The notes under the pieces were generated by a model. That model saw nothing but the letters and a program-made list of their open reading frames with translations. It was not told where the DNA came from and made no database searches. From contig NEEC01000222.1 in the NCBI GenBank assembly GCA_002189035.1, forward strand, positions 1-63,870: a stretch of 63,870 nucleotides of DNA. Direction: 5' to 3'. Source of the stretch: Utricularia gibba. Lineage: Eukaryota; Plantae; Magnoliophyta. The translations under genes and the position numbers were made by a program. Of the stretch, positions 23,405 to 38,400 are shown piece after piece. The first letter of the stretch is position 1. Each line of letters begins with the position of its first letter.

Positions 23405-26400
23405 CATGATTTTTTCAACAACTTACTTTATACTTGAGGAGGTGGTCTTGGGGGGCAAGAGGAACCAGACAACGGTCATATTAGGCTTGGGCCGAAAGTA
23501 AGTTAGCCCGGCAAAGAAAGTGATGTATTTATTAACGTTCGGTTTTCAGGGTTGCCTACATGGTTTTCCAAGGAAAAGCTTTTCGTTTTGTGGCGGCCGC
23601 TCTCGCTGGGCACTTGGTCCGGGCCCCTGATTCTTTATGGCTCATGAGGACAAAAGGATGCAAATCGATGAAAATAATGATGCATTTGTTTAAATTACGA
23701 TGTCGCGTGCACCCCAAATGATTTTTTTAACAACATACTTTATACATGAGGAGGCGGTCTTGGGGGGCACTTGGAACCGGAAAAAGATCAGCTTAGGCTT
23801 GGGCCGAAAGTAAGTTGTAGCCCGGCAAAGAAAGTGATGTATTTATTATCGTTCGGTTTACGGGGGCTTCCTACATGGTTTTTCAAGGAACATCTTCTCG
23901 TTTTATGGCGGCCAGTCTCGCTGGGAACTTGGTCCTTGACCCTGGTTCTGTATGGCTAATGGGTCAACCGGATGCAAATCGATGAAAAAAAATGATGCAT
24001 TTGTTTAAATTGCGATATCACGTGCACCCCACATGATTTTTTCAACAACTTACTTTATACTTGAGGAGGCGATCTTGGGTGCACCTCGAACAGGACAAAG
24101 GTAAGGTTTGGCTTGCGCCAAGAGTTAGTTGTAGCCCGACAAAGAAAGTGATGTATTTATTATCGTTCGGTTTTTGGGGTTGCCTACATGGTTTTTCAAG
24201 GAACATCTCTCGTTTTGTGGCAGCCAGTCTCGCTGGGAGCTTTGTCCTGGACCCCGATTCTGTATGGCTCATGGGGTCAAAGGATGCAAATCGATGAATA
24301 CAATGATGCATTTGTTTCAATTACGATATCACGTGCACCCACATGATTTTTTCGACAACTTACTTTATACATGGGAGGCGGTCTTGGGGGTACCTGGAAC
24401 CGGAAAATGGTCAGCTTAGGCTTGGGCCGATAGTAAGTTGTAGCCCGGCAAAGAAAGTGATGTATTTATTATCGTTCGGTTTACGGGGGCTTCCTACATG
24501 GTTTTTCAAGGAACATCTTCTCGTTTTGTGGCAGCCAGTCTCGCTGGGGCTTTGTCCTGGACCCCGATTCTGTATGGCTGGGGTCAAATACATTGATGCA
24601 TTTGTTTAAATTACGATATCACGTGCACCCTACATGATTTTTTCAACAACTTACTTTATATTTGAGGAGGTGGTCTTGGGGGGCAAGAGGAACCAGACAA
24701 CGGTCATATTAGGCTTGGGCCGAAAGTAAGTTGTAGCCCGGCAAAGAAAGTGATGTATTTATTAACGTTCGGTTTTCAGGGTTGCCTACATGGTTTTTCC
24801 AAGGAAAGCTTTTCGTTTTGTGGCGGCTGCTCTCGCTGGGCACTTGGTCCGGGCCCCTGATTCTTTATGGCTCATGAGGACAAAAGTATGCAAATCGATG
24901 AAAATAATGATGCATTTGTTTAAATTACGATGTCGCGTGCACCCCAAATGATTTTTTAACAACATACTTTATACATGAGGAGACGGTCTTGGGGGCACTT
25001 GGAACCGGAAAAGATCAGCTTAGGCTTGGGCGAAAGTAAGTTGTAGCCCGGCAAAGAAAGTGATGTATTTATTATCGTTCGGTTTACGGGGGCTTCCTAC
25101 ATGGTTTTTCAAGGAACATCTTCTCGTTTTATGGCGGCCAGTCTCGCTGGGAACTTGGTCCTTGACCCTGGTTCTGTATGGCTAATGGGTCAACCGGATG
25201 CAAATCGATGAAAAAAATGATGCATTTGTTTAAATTGCGATATCACATGCACCCCACATGATTTTTTCAACACAACTTACTTTATACTTGAGGAGGCGAT
25301 CTTAGGGTGCACCTCGAACAGGACAAAGGTAAGGTTTGGCTTGCGCCAAGAGTTAGTTGTAGCCCGACAAAGAAAGTGATGTATTTATTATCGTTCGGTT
25401 TTGGGGTTGCCTACATGGTTTTTCAAGGAACTTTCTCGTTTTGTGGCAGCCAGTCTCGCTGGGAGCTTTGTCCTGGACCCCGATTCTGTATGGCTCATGG
25501 GGTCAAAAGGATGCAAATCGATGAATACAATGATGCATTTGTTTCAATTACGATATCACGTGCACCCCACATGATTTTTTCGACAACTTACTTTATACAT
25601 GGGGAGGCGGTCTTGGGGGGTACCTGGAACCGGAAAATGGTCAGCTTAGGTTGGGCCGATAGTAAGTTGTAGCCCGGCAAAGAAAGTGATGTATTTATTA
25701 TCGTTCGGTTTACGGGGGCTTCCTACATGGTTTTTCAAGGAACATCTTCTCGTTTTGTGGCAGCCAGTCTCGCTGGGAACTTTGTCCTGGACCCCGATTC
25801 TGTATGGCTCATGGGGTCAAATACATTCCGATGCATTTGTTTAAATTACGATATCACGTGCACCCTACATGATTTTTTCAACAACTTACTTTATATTTGA
25901 GGAGGTGGTCTTGGGGGGCAAGAGGAACCAGACAACGGTCATATTAGGCTTGGCCGAAAGTAAGTTGTAGCCCGGCAAAGAAAGTGATGTATTTATTAAC
26001 GTTCGGTTTTCAGGGTTGCCTACATGGTTTTCCAAGGAAAAGCTTTTCGTTTTGTGGCGGCTGCTCTCGCTGGGCACTTGGTCCGGGCCCCTGATTCTTT
26101 ATGGCTCATGAGGACAAAAGTATGCAAATCGATGAAAAATATGATGCATTTGTTTAAATTACGATGTCGCGTGCACCCCAAATGATTTGTTTAACAACAT
26201 ACTTTATACATGAGGAGACGGTCTTGGGGGGCACTTGGAACCGGAAAAAGATCAGCTTAGGCTTGGGACGAAAGTAAGTTGTAGCCCGGCAAAGAAAGTG
26301 ATGTATTTATTATCGTTCGGTTTACGGGGGTTCCTACATGGTTTTTCAAGGAACATCTTCTCGTTTTATGGCGGCCAGTCTCGCTGGGAACTTGGTCCTT

Positions 26401-29400
26401 GACCCGTTCTGTATGGCTCATGGGGTCAACCGGATGCAAATCGATGAAAAAAAATGATGCATTTGTTTAAATTGCGATATCACATGCACCCCACATGATT
26501 TTTTCAACAACTTACTTTATACTGAGGAGGCGATCTTAGGGTGCACCTCGAACAGGACAAAGGTAAGGTTTGGCTTGCGCCGAGAGTTAGTTGTAGCCCG
26601 ACAAAGAAAGTGATGTATATTATTATCGTTCGGTTTTGGGGTTGCCTACATGGTTTTTCAAGGAACATCTTCTCGTTTTGTGGCAGCCAGTCTCGCTGGG
26701 AGCTTTGTCCTGGACCCCGATTCTGTATGGCTCATGGGGTCAAAAGGATGCAAATCGATGAATACAATGATGCATTTGTTTCAATTACGATATCACGTGC
26801 ACCCCACATGATTTTTTCGACAACTTACTTTATACATGGGGAGGCGGTCTTGGGGGGTACCTGGAACCGGAAAATGGTCAGCTTAGGCTTGGGCCGATAG
26901 TAAGTTGTAGCCCGGCAAAGAAAGTGATGTATTTATTAACGTTCGGTTTCGGGGTTGCCTACATGGTTTTTCAAGGAACATCTTCCCGTTTTTGTGGCTA
27001 GTCTCGCTGGGAACTTTGTCCTGGACCCGATTCTTATGTCTTATGGTCAACCGGATGCAAATCGATGAAAAAAATTGATGCATTTGTTTAAATTACGATA
27101 TCACGTGCACCCTACATGATTTTTTCAACAACTTACTTTATACTTGAGGAGGTGGTCTTGGGGGCAAGAGGAACCAGACAACGGTCATATTAGGCTTGGG
27201 CCGAAAGTAAGTTGTAGCCCGGCAAAGAAAGTGATGTATTTATTAACGTTCGGTTTTCAGGGTTGCCTACATGGTTTTCCAAGGAAAAGCTTTTCGTTTT
27301 GTGGCGGCCGCTCTCGCAGGGCACTTGGTCCGGGCCCCTGATTCTTTATGGCTCATGAGGACAAAAGGATGCAAATCGATGAAAATAATGATGCATTTGT
27401 TTAAATTACGATGTCGCGTGCACCCCAAATGATTTTTTTTAACAACATACTTTATACATGAGGAGGCGGTCTTGGGGGCACTTGGAACCGGAAAAGATCA
27501 GCTTAGGCTTGGGCCGAAAGTAAGTTGTAGCCCGGCAAAGAAAGTGATGTATTTATTATCGTTCGGTTTGGGGTTGCCTACATGGTTTTTCAAGGAACAT
27601 CTTCTCGTTTTATGGCGGCCAGTCTCGCTGGGAACTTGGTCCTTGACCCCGATTCTGTATGGCATGGGGTCAACCGGATGCAAATCGATGAAAAAAAAAT
27701 GATGCATTTGTTTAAATTGCGATATCACGTGCACCCCCACATGATTTTTTCAACAACTTACTTTATACATGGGAGGCGATCTTGGGTTGGAACGGAAAAG
27801 GTCAGTTAGGCTTGGCCGATAGTTAGTTGTAGCCCGACAAAGAAAGTGATGTATTTATTATCGTTCGGTTTTCGGGTTGCCTACATGGTTTTTCAAGGAA
27901 CATCTTCTCGTTTTGTGGCAGCCAGTCTCGCTGGGAGCTTTGTCCTGGACCCCGATTCTGTATGGCTCATGGGGTCAAAAGGATGCAAATCGATGAATAC
28001 AATGATGCATTTGTTTCAATTACGATATCACGTGCACCCCACATGATTTTTTCGACAACTTACTTTATACATGGGAGGCGGTCTTGGGGGTACCTGGAAC
28101 CGGAAAATGGTCAGCTTAGGCTTGGGCCGATAGTAAGTTGTAGCCCGGCAAAGAAAGTGATGTATTTATTATCGTTCGGTTTACGGGGGCTTCCTACATG
28201 GTTTTTCAAGGAACATCTTCTCGTTTTGTGGCAGCCAGTCTCGCTGGGAGCTTTGTCCTGGACCCGATTCTGTATGGCTCATGGGGTCAAATATTGATGC
28301 ATTTGTTTAAATTACGATATCACGTGCACCCTACATGATTTTTTCAACAACTTACTTTATATTGAGGAGGTGGTCTTGGGGGGCAAGAGGAACCAGACAA
28401 CGGTCATATTAGGCTTGGGCCGAAAGTAAGTTGTAGCCCGGCAAAGAAAGTGATGTATTTATTAACGTTCGGTTTTCAGGGTTGCCTACATGGTTTTCCA
28501 AGGAAAAGCTTTCGTTTTGTGGCTGCTCTCGCTGGGCACTTGGTCCGGGCCCCTGATTCTTTATGGCTCATGAGGACAAAAGATGCAAATCGATGAAAAT
28601 AATGATGCATTTGTTTAAATTACGATGTCGCGTGCACCCCAAATGATTTTTTAACAACATACTTTATACATGAGGAGGGTCTTGGGGGGCACTTGGAACC
28701 GGAAAAAGATCAGCTTAGGCTTGGGCCGAAAGTAAGTTGTAGCCCGGCAAAGAAAGTGATGTATTTATTATCGTTCGGTTTTCGGGTTCCTACATGGTTT
28801 TCAAGGAACATCTTCTCGTTTTATGGCGGCCAGTCTCGCTGGGAACTTGGTCCTTGACCCTGGTTCTGTATGGCTAATGGGGTCAACCGGATGCAAATCG
28901 ATGAAAAAAAAAATGATGCATTTGTTTAAATTGCGATATCACGTGCACCCCACATGATTTTTTCAACAACTTACTTTATACTTGAGGAGGCGATCTTAGG
29001 GTGCACCTCGAACAGGACAAAGGTAAGGTTTGGCTTGCGCCGAGAGTTAGTTGTAGCCCGACAAAGAAAGTGATGTATTTATTATCGTTCGGTTTTTGGG
29101 GTTGCCTACATGGTTTTTCAAGGAACATCTTCTCGTTTTGTGGGCAGCCAGTCTCGCTGGGAGCTTTGTCCTGGACCCCGATTCTGTATGGCTCATGGGG
29201 TCAAAAGGATGCAAATCGATGAATACAATGATGCATTTGTTTCAATTACGATATCACGTGCACCCCACATGATTTTTTCGACAACTTACTTTATACATGG
29301 GGAGGCGGTCTTGGGGGTACCTGGAACCGGAAAATGGTCAGCTTAGGCTTGGGCCGATAGTAAGTTGTAGCCCGGCAAAGAAAGTGATGTATTTATTATC

Positions 29401-32400
29401 GTTCGGTTTTCGGGGTTGCCTACATGGTTTTTCAAGGAACATCTTCTCGTTTTGTGGTGGCTAGTCTCGCTGGGAACTTTGTCCTGGACCCGATTCTATG
29501 TATGGTCAAGGATGCAAATCGATGAAAAAAATTGATGCATTTGTTTAAATTACGATATCACGTGCACCCTACATGATTTTTTCAACAACTTACTTTATAC
29601 TTGAGGAGGTGGTCTTGGGGGGCAAGAGGAACCAGACAACGGTCATATTAGGCTTGGGCCGAAAGTAAGTTTAGCCCGGCAAAGAAAGTGATGTATTTAT
29701 TAACGTTCGGTTTTCAGGGTTGCCTACATGGTTTTCCAAGGAAAAGCTTTTCGTTTTGTGGCGGCCGCTCTCGCTGGGCACTTGGTCCGGGCCCCTGATT
29801 CTTTATGGCTCATGAGGACAAAAGGATGCAAATCGATGAAAAATAATGATGCATTTGTTTAAATTACGATGTCGCGTGCACCCCAAATGATTTTTTTAAC
29901 AACATACTTTATACATGAGGAGGCGGTCTTGGGGGCACTTGGAACCGGAAAAAGATCAGCTTAGGCTTGGGCCGAAAGTAAGTTGTAGCCCGGCAAAGAA
30001 AGTGATGTATTTATTATCGTTCGGTTTTTGGGGTTGCCTACATGGTTTTTCAAGGAACATCTTCTCGTTTTGTGGTGGCTAGTCTCGCTGGGAACTTGGT
30101 CCTGACCCCGATTCTGTATGGCTCATGGGTCAACCGGATGCAAATCGATGAAAAAAAATGATGCATTTGTTTAAATTACGATATCACGTGCACCCACATG
30201 ATTTTTTCGACAACTTACTTTATACATGGGGAGGCGGTCTTGGGGGGTACCTGGAACCGGAAAATGGTCAGCTTAGGCTTGGGCCGATAGTAAGTTGTAG
30301 CCCGCAAAGAAAGTGATGTATTTATTATCGTTCGGTTTTCGGGCTGCCTACATGTTTTTGAAAGAACATCTTTCGTTTTTGGCGGCCAGTCTCGCTGGGA
30401 ACTTGTCCTTGACCCTGGTTCTGTATGCTCATGGGGTCAACCGGATGCAAATCGATGAAAAAAATGATGCATTTGTTTAAATTGCGATATCACGTGCACC
30501 CCACATGATTTTTTCAACAACTTACTTTATACTTGAGGAGGCGTCTTAGGGTGCACCTCGAACAGGACAAAGGTAATTTGGCTTGCGCCAAGAGTTAGTT
30601 GTAGCCCGACAAAGAAAGTGATGTATTTATTATCGTTCGGTTTTTGGGGTTGCCTACATGGTTTTTCAAGGAACATCTTCTCGTTTTGTGGCAGCCAGTC
30701 TCGCTGGGAGCTTTGTCCTGGACCCCGATTCTGTATGGCTCATGGGTCAAAAGGATGCAAATCGATGAATACAATGATGCATTTGTTTCAATTACGATAT
30801 CACGTGCACCCCACATGATTTTTTCGACAACTTACTTTATACATGGGAGGCGGTCTTGGGGGGTACTGGAACCGGAAAATGGTCAGCTTAGGCTTGGGCC
30901 GATAGTAAGTTGTAGCCCGGCAAAGAAAGTGATGTATTTATTATCGTTCGGTTTACGGGGGCTTCCTACATGGTTTTTCAAGGAACATCTTCTCGTTTTG
31001 TGGCAGCCAGTCTCGCTGGGAGCTTTGTCCTGGACCCCGATTCTGTATGGCTCATGGGTCAAAAGGATGCAAATCGATGAATACAATGATGCATTTGTTT
31101 AAATTACGATATCACGTGCACCCCACATGATTTTTTCGACAACTTACTTTATACATGGGGAGGCGGTCTTGGGGGGTACCTGGAACCGGAAAATGGTCAG
31201 CTTAGGCTTGGGCCGATAGTAAGTTGTAGCCCGGCAAAGAAAGTGATGTATTTATTATCGTTCGGTTTTGGGGTTGCCTACATGGTTTTTCAAGGAACAT
31301 CTTCTCGTTTTGGTGGCTAGTCTCGCTGGGACTTTGTCCTGGACCCCGATTCTGTATGGCTCATGGGGTCAAAAGGATGCAAATCGATGAATACAATGAT
31401 GCATTTGTTTCAATTACGATATCACGTGCACCCCACATGATTTTTTCGACAACTTACTTTATACATGGGGAGGCGGTCTTGGGGGTACCTGGAACCGGAA
31501 AATGGTCAGCTTAGGCTTGGGCCGATAGTAAGTTGTAGCCCGGCAAAGAAAGTGATGTATTTATTAACGTTCGGTTTTCGGGGGTGCCTACATGGTTTTT
31601 CAAGGAAAATCTTTTCGTTTTGTGGTGGCTAGTCTCGCTGGGAACTTTGTCCTGGACCCGATTCTTATGTCTTATGAGGTCAACCGGATGCAAATCGATG
31701 AAAAAAATGATGCATTTGTTTAAATTACGATATCACGTGCACCCTACATGATTTTTTCAACAACTTACTTTATACTTGAGGAGGTGGTCTTGGGGGCGAA
31801 CCAGACAACGGTCATATTAGGCTTGGGCCGAAAGTAAGTTTAGCCCGGCAAAGAAAGTGATGTATTTATTAACGTTCGGTTTTGGGTTGCCTACATGGTT
31901 TTCCAAGGAAAAGCTTTTCGTTTGTGGCGGCCGCTCTCGCAGGGCACTTGGTCCGGGCCCCTGATTCTTTATGGCTCATGAGGACAAAAGGATGCAAATC
32001 GATGAAAATAATGATGCATTTGTTTAAATTACGATGTCGCGTGCACCCCAAATGATTTTTTTAACAACATACTTTATACATGAGGAGGCGGTCTTGGGGG
32101 GCACTTGGAACCGGAAAAAGATCAGCTTAGGCTTGGGCCGAAAGTAAGTTGTAGCCCGGCAAAAGAAAGTGATGTATTTATTATCGTTCGGTTTCGGGGC
32201 TTCCTACATGGTTTTTCAAGGAACATCTTCTCGTTTTATGGCGGCCAGTCTCGCTGGGAACTTGGTCCTTGACCCTGGTTCTGTATGGCATGGGGTCAAC
32301 CGGATGCAAATCGATGAAAAAAAATGATGCATTTGTTTAAATTGCGATATCACGTGCACCCCACATGATTTTTTTAACAACTTACTTTATACTTGAGGAG

Positions 32401-35400
32401 GCGATCTTAGGGTGCACCTCGAACAGGACAAAGGTAAGGTTTGGCTTGCGCCAAGAGTTAGTTGTAGCCCGACAAAGAAAGTGATGTATTTATTATCGTT
32501 CGGTTTTTGGGGTTGCCTACATGGTTTTTCAAGGAACATCTTCTCGTTTTGTGGCAGCCAGTCTCGCTGGGAGCTTTGTCCTGGACCCCGATTCTGTATG
32601 GCTCATGGGGTCAAAAGGATGCAAATCGATGAATACAATGATGCATTTGTTTCAATTACGATATCACGTGCACCCCACATGATTTTTTCGACAACTTACT
32701 TTATACATGGGGAGGCGGTCTTGGGGGGTACCTGGAACCGGAAAATGGTCAGCTTAGGCTTGGGCCGATAGTAAGTTGTAGCCCGGCAAAGAAAGTGATG
32801 TATTTATTATCGTTCGGTTTACGGGGCTTCCTACATGGTTTTTCAAGGAACATCTTCTCGTTTTGTGGCAGCCAGTCTCGCTGGGAGCTTTGTCCTGGAC
32901 CCCGATTCTGTATGGCTCATGGGGGGATGCATTTGTTTAAATTACGATATCACGTGCACCCTACATGATTTTTTCAACAACTTACTTTATATGAGGAGGT
33001 GGTCTTGGGGGGCAGAGGAACCAGACAACGGTCATATTAGGCTTGGGCCGAAAGTAAGTTGTAGCCCGGCAAAGAAAGTGATGTATTTATTAACGTTCGG
33101 TTTTCAGGGTTGCCTACATGGTTTTCCAAGGAAAAGCTTTTCGTTTGTGGCGGCGCTCTCGCTGGGCACTTGGTCCGGGCCCCTGATTCTTTATGGCTCA
33201 TGAGGACAAAAGGATGCAAATCGATGAAAATAATGATGCATTTGTTTAAATTACGATGTCGCGTGCACCCCAAATGATTTTTTAACAACATACTTTATAC
33301 ATGAGGAGGCGGTCTTGGGGGGCACTTGGAACCGGAAAAAGATCAGCTTAGGCTTGGGCCGAAAGTAAGTTGTAGCCCGGCAAAGAAAGTGATGTATTTA
33401 TTATCGTTCGGTTTCGGGGGTTCCTACATGGTTTTTCAAGGAACATCTTCTCGTTTTGTGGCGGCCAGTCTCGCTGGGAACTTGGTCCTTGACCCTGGTT
33501 CTGTATGGCTCATGGGTCAACCGGATGCAAATCGATGAAAAAAAATGATGCATTTGTTTAAATTACGATATCACGTGCACCCCACATGATTTTTTCAACA
33601 ACTTACTTTATACTTGAGGAGGCGTCTTGGGGGCACCTGGAACAGGAAAAGGTCAGGTTTGGCTTGGCCAGTAAGTTGTAGCCCGACAAAGAAAGTGATG
33701 TATTTATTATCGTTCGGTTTTTGGGGTTGCCTACATGGTTTTTCAAGGAACATCTTCTCGTTTTGTGGCAGCCAGTCTCGCTGGGAGCTTTGTCCTGGAC
33801 CCCGATTCTGTATGGCTCATGGGGTCAAAGGATGCAAATCGATGAATAAATGATGCATTTGTTTAAATTACGATATCACGTGCACCCCACATGATTTTTT
33901 CGACAACTTACTTATACATGGGAGGCGGTCTTGGGGGTACCTGGAACCGGAAAATGGTCAGCTTAGGCTTGGGCCGATAGTAAGTTGTAGCCCGGCAAAG
34001 AAAGTGATGTATTTATTATCGTTCGGTTTTGGGGCTTGCCTACATGGTTTTTCAAGGAACATCTTCTCGTTTTGTGGCAGCCAGTCTCGCTGGGACTTTG
34101 TCCTGGACCCCGATTCTGTATGGCTCATGGGGTCAAATATTGATGCATTTGTTTAAATTACGATATCACGTGCACCCTACATGATTTTTTCAACAACTTA
34201 CTTTATATTTGAGGAGGTGGTCTTGGGGGGCAAGGAACCAGACAACGGTCATATTAGGCTTGGGCCGAAAGTAAGTTGTAGCCCGGCAAAGAAAGTGATG
34301 TATTTATTAACGTTCGGTTTTCAGGGTTGCCTACATGGTTTTCAAGGAAAAGCTTTTCGTTTTGTGGCGGCCTCTCGCTGGGCACTTGGTCCGGGCCCTG
34401 ATTCTTATGGCTCATGGGACAAAAGATGCAAATCGATGAAAATAATGATGCATTTGTTTAAATTACGATGTCGCGTGCACCCCAAATGATTTTTTAACAA
34501 CATACTTATACATGAGGAGGCGGTCTTGGGGGCACTTGGAACCGGAAAAAGATCAGCTTAGGCTTGGGCCGAAAGTAAGTTGTAGCCCGGCAAAGAAAGT
34601 GATGTATTTATTATCGTTCGGTTTACGGGGGCTTCCTACATGGTTTTTCAAGGAACATCTTCTCGTTTTATGGCGGCCAGTCTCGCTGGGAACTTGGTCC
34701 TTGACCCGTTCTGTATGGCTCATGGGGTCAAGGATGCAAATCGATGAAAAAAAATGATGCATTTGTTTTAAATTACGATATCACGTGCACCCCACATGAT
34801 TTTTTCAACAACTTACTTTATACATGAGGGAGGTCTTGGGTACCTGGAACGGAAAAGGTCAGGTTTGGCTTGGGCCGATAGTAAGTTGTAGCCCGGCAAA
34901 GAAAGTGATGTATTTATTATCGTTCGGTTTCGGGGCTTCCTACATGGTTTTTCAAGGAACATCTTCTCGTTTTGTGGCAGCCAGTCTCGCTGGGAGCTTT
35001 GTCCTGGACCCCGATTCTGTATGGCTCATGGGGTCAAATAAATTGATGCATTTGTTTAAATTACGATATCACGTGCACCCCACATGATTTTTTCAACAAC
35101 TTACTTTATATTTGAGGAGGTGGTCTTGGGGGGCAAGAGGAACCAGACAACGGTCATATTAGGCTTGGGCCGAAAGTAAGTTGTAGCCCGGCAAAGAAAG
35201 TGATGTATTTTTAACGTTCGGTTTTCAGGGTTGCCTACATGGTTTTCCAAGGAAAAGCTTTTCGTTTTGTGGCGGCTGCTCTCGCTGGGCACTTGGTCCG
35301 GGCCCCTGATTCTTTATGGCTCATGAGGACAAAAGATGCAAATCGATGAAAAAATGATGCATTTGTTTAAATTACGATGTCGCGTGCACCCCAAATGATT

Positions 35401-38400
35401 TTTTAACAACATACTTTATACATGAGGAGCGGTCTTGGGGGGCACTTGGAACCGGAAAAAGATCAGCTTAGGCTTGGGCCGAAAGTAAGTTGTAGCCCGG
35501 CAAGAAAGTGATGTATTTATTATCGTTCGGTTTACGGGGCTTCCTACATGGTTTTTCAAGGAACATCTTCTCGTTTTGTGGCGGCCAGTCTCGCTGGGAA
35601 CTTGGTCCTTGACCCTGTTCTGTATGGCTAATGGGGTCAACCGGATGCAAATCGATGAAAAAAAATGATGCATTTGTTTAAATTACGATATCACGTGCAC
35701 CCCACATGATTTTTTCAACAACTTACTTTATACTTGAGGAGGCGTCTTAGGGTGCACCTCGAACAGGACAAAGGTAAGGTTTGGCTTGGCCGAGTTAGTT
35801 GTAGCCCGCAAAGAAAGTGATGTATTTATTATCGTTCGGTTTTTGGGTTGCCTACATGGTTTTTCAAGGAACATCTTCTCGTTTTGTGGCAGCCAGTCTC
35901 GCTGGGAGCTTTGTCCTGGACCCCGATTCTGTATGGCTCATGGGGTCAAAAGGATGCAAATCGATGAATACAATGATGCATTTGTTTCAATTACGATATC
36001 ACGTGCACCCCACATGATTTTTTCGACAACTTACTTTATACATGGGGAGGCGGTCTTGGGGGTACCTGGAACCGGAAAATGGTCAGCTTAGGCTTGGGCC
36101 GATAGTAAGTTGTAGCCCGGCAAAGAAAGTGATGTATTTATTATCGTTCGGTTTACGGGGGCTTCCTACATGGTTTTTCAAGGAACATCTTCTCGTTTTG
36201 TGGCAGCCAGTCTCGCTGGGACTTTGTCCTGGACCCCGATTCTGTATGGCTCATGGGGTCAAATATTGATGCATTTGTTTAAATTACGATATCACGTGCA
36301 CCCTACATGATTTTTTCAACAACTTACTTTATACTTGAGGAGGTGGTCTTGGGGGGCAAGAGGAACCAGACAACGGTCATATTAGGCTTGGGCCGAAAGT
36401 AAGTTGTAGCCCGGCAAAGAAAGTGATGTATTTATTAACGTTCGGTTTTTAGGGTTGCCTACATGGTTTTCCAAGGAAAGCTTTTCGTTTTGTGGCGGCG
36501 CTCTCGCTGGGCACTTGGTCCGGCCCCTGATTCTTTATGGCTCATGAGGACAAAAGGATGCAAATCGATGAAAATAATGATGATGCATTTGTTTAAATTA
36601 CGATGTCGCGTGCACCCCAACATGATTTTTTAACAACATACTTTATACATGAGGAGACGGTCTTGGGGGCACTTGGAACCGGAAAAAGATCAGCTTAGGC
36701 TTGGGCGAAAGTAAGTTGTAGCCCGGCAAAGAAAGTGATGTATTTATTATCGTTCGGTTTACGGGGGCTTCCTACATGGTTTTTCAAGGAACATCTTCTC
36801 GTTTTGGCGGCCAGTCTCGCTGGGAACTTGTCCTTGACCCGTTCTGTATGGCTAATGGGGTCAACCGGATGCAAATCGATGAAAAAAAATGATGCATTTG
36901 TTTAAATTGCGATATCACGTGCACCCCACATGATTTTTTCAACAACTTACTTTATACTTGAGGAGGCGATCTTGGGTGCACTGAACCAGGACAAAGGTCA
37001 GGTTTGGCTTGGCCGAAGTAAGTTGTAGCCCGGCAAAGAAAGTGATGTATTTATTATCGTTCGGTTTTTGGGGGTTGCCTACATGGTTTTTCAAGGAACA
37101 TCTTCTCGTTTTGTGGCAGCCAGTCTCGCTGGGAGCTTTGTCCTGGACCCCCGATTCTGTATGGCTCATGGGGTCAAAAGGATGCAAATCGATGAATACA
37201 ATGATGCATTTGTTTCAATTACGATATCACGTGCACCCACATGATTTTTTCGAACAACTTACTTTATACATGGGGAGGCGGTCTTGGGGGGTACTGGAAC
37301 CGGAAAATGGTCAGCTTAGGCTTGGGCCGATAGTAAGTTGTAGCCCGGCAAAGAAAGTGATGTATTTATTAACGTTCGGTTTTCGGGGTTGCCTACATGG
37401 TTTTTCAAGGAACATCTTCGTTTTGTGGTGGCTAGTCTCGCTGGGAACTTTGTCCTGGACCTCGATTCTTATGTCTTATGAGGTCAACCGGATGCAAATC
37501 GATGAAAAAAATGATGCATTTGTTTTAAATTACGATATCACGTGCACCCTACATGATTTTTTCAACAACTTACTTTATACTTGAGGAGGTGGTCTTGGGG
37601 GGCAAGAGGAACCAGACAACGGTCATATTAGGCTTGGGCCGAAAGTAAGTTGTAGCCCGGCAAAGAAAGTGATGTATTTATTAACGTTCGGTTTTCAGGG
37701 TTGCCTACATGGTTTTCCAAGGAAAAGCTTTTCGTTTTGTGGCGGCCGCTCTCGCAGGGCACTTGGTCCGGGCCCCTGATTCTTTATGGCTCATGAGGAC
37801 AAAAGGATGCAAATCGATGAAATAAATGATGCATTTGTTTAAATTACGATGTCGCGTGCACCCCAAATGATTTTTTTAACAACATACTTTATACATGAGG
37901 AGGCGGTCTTGGGGGCACTTGGAACCGGAAAAAGATCAGCTTAGGCTTGGGCCGAAAGTAAGTTGTAGCCCGGCAAAGAAAGTGATGTATTTATTATCGT
38001 TCGGTTTTCGGGGTTCCTACATGGTTTTTCAAGGAACATCTTCTCGTTTTGTGGCGGCCAGTCTCGCTGGGAACTTGGTCCTTGACCCTGATTCTGTATG
38101 GCTCATGGGGTCAACCGGATGCAAATCGATGAAAAAAATGATGCATTTGTTTAAATTACGATATCACGTGCACCCCACATGATTTTTTCAACAACTTACT
38201 TTATACTTGAGGAGGCGATCTTGGGTGCACCTCGAACCGGAAAAGGTCAGGTTTGGCTTGCGCCGAAGTAGTTGTAGCCCGACAAAGAAAGTGATGTATT
38301 TATTATCGTTCGGTTTTTGGGGTTGCCTACATGGTTTTTCAAGGAACATCTTCTCGTTTTGTGGCAGCCAGTCTCGCTGGGAACTTTGTCCTGGACCCCG

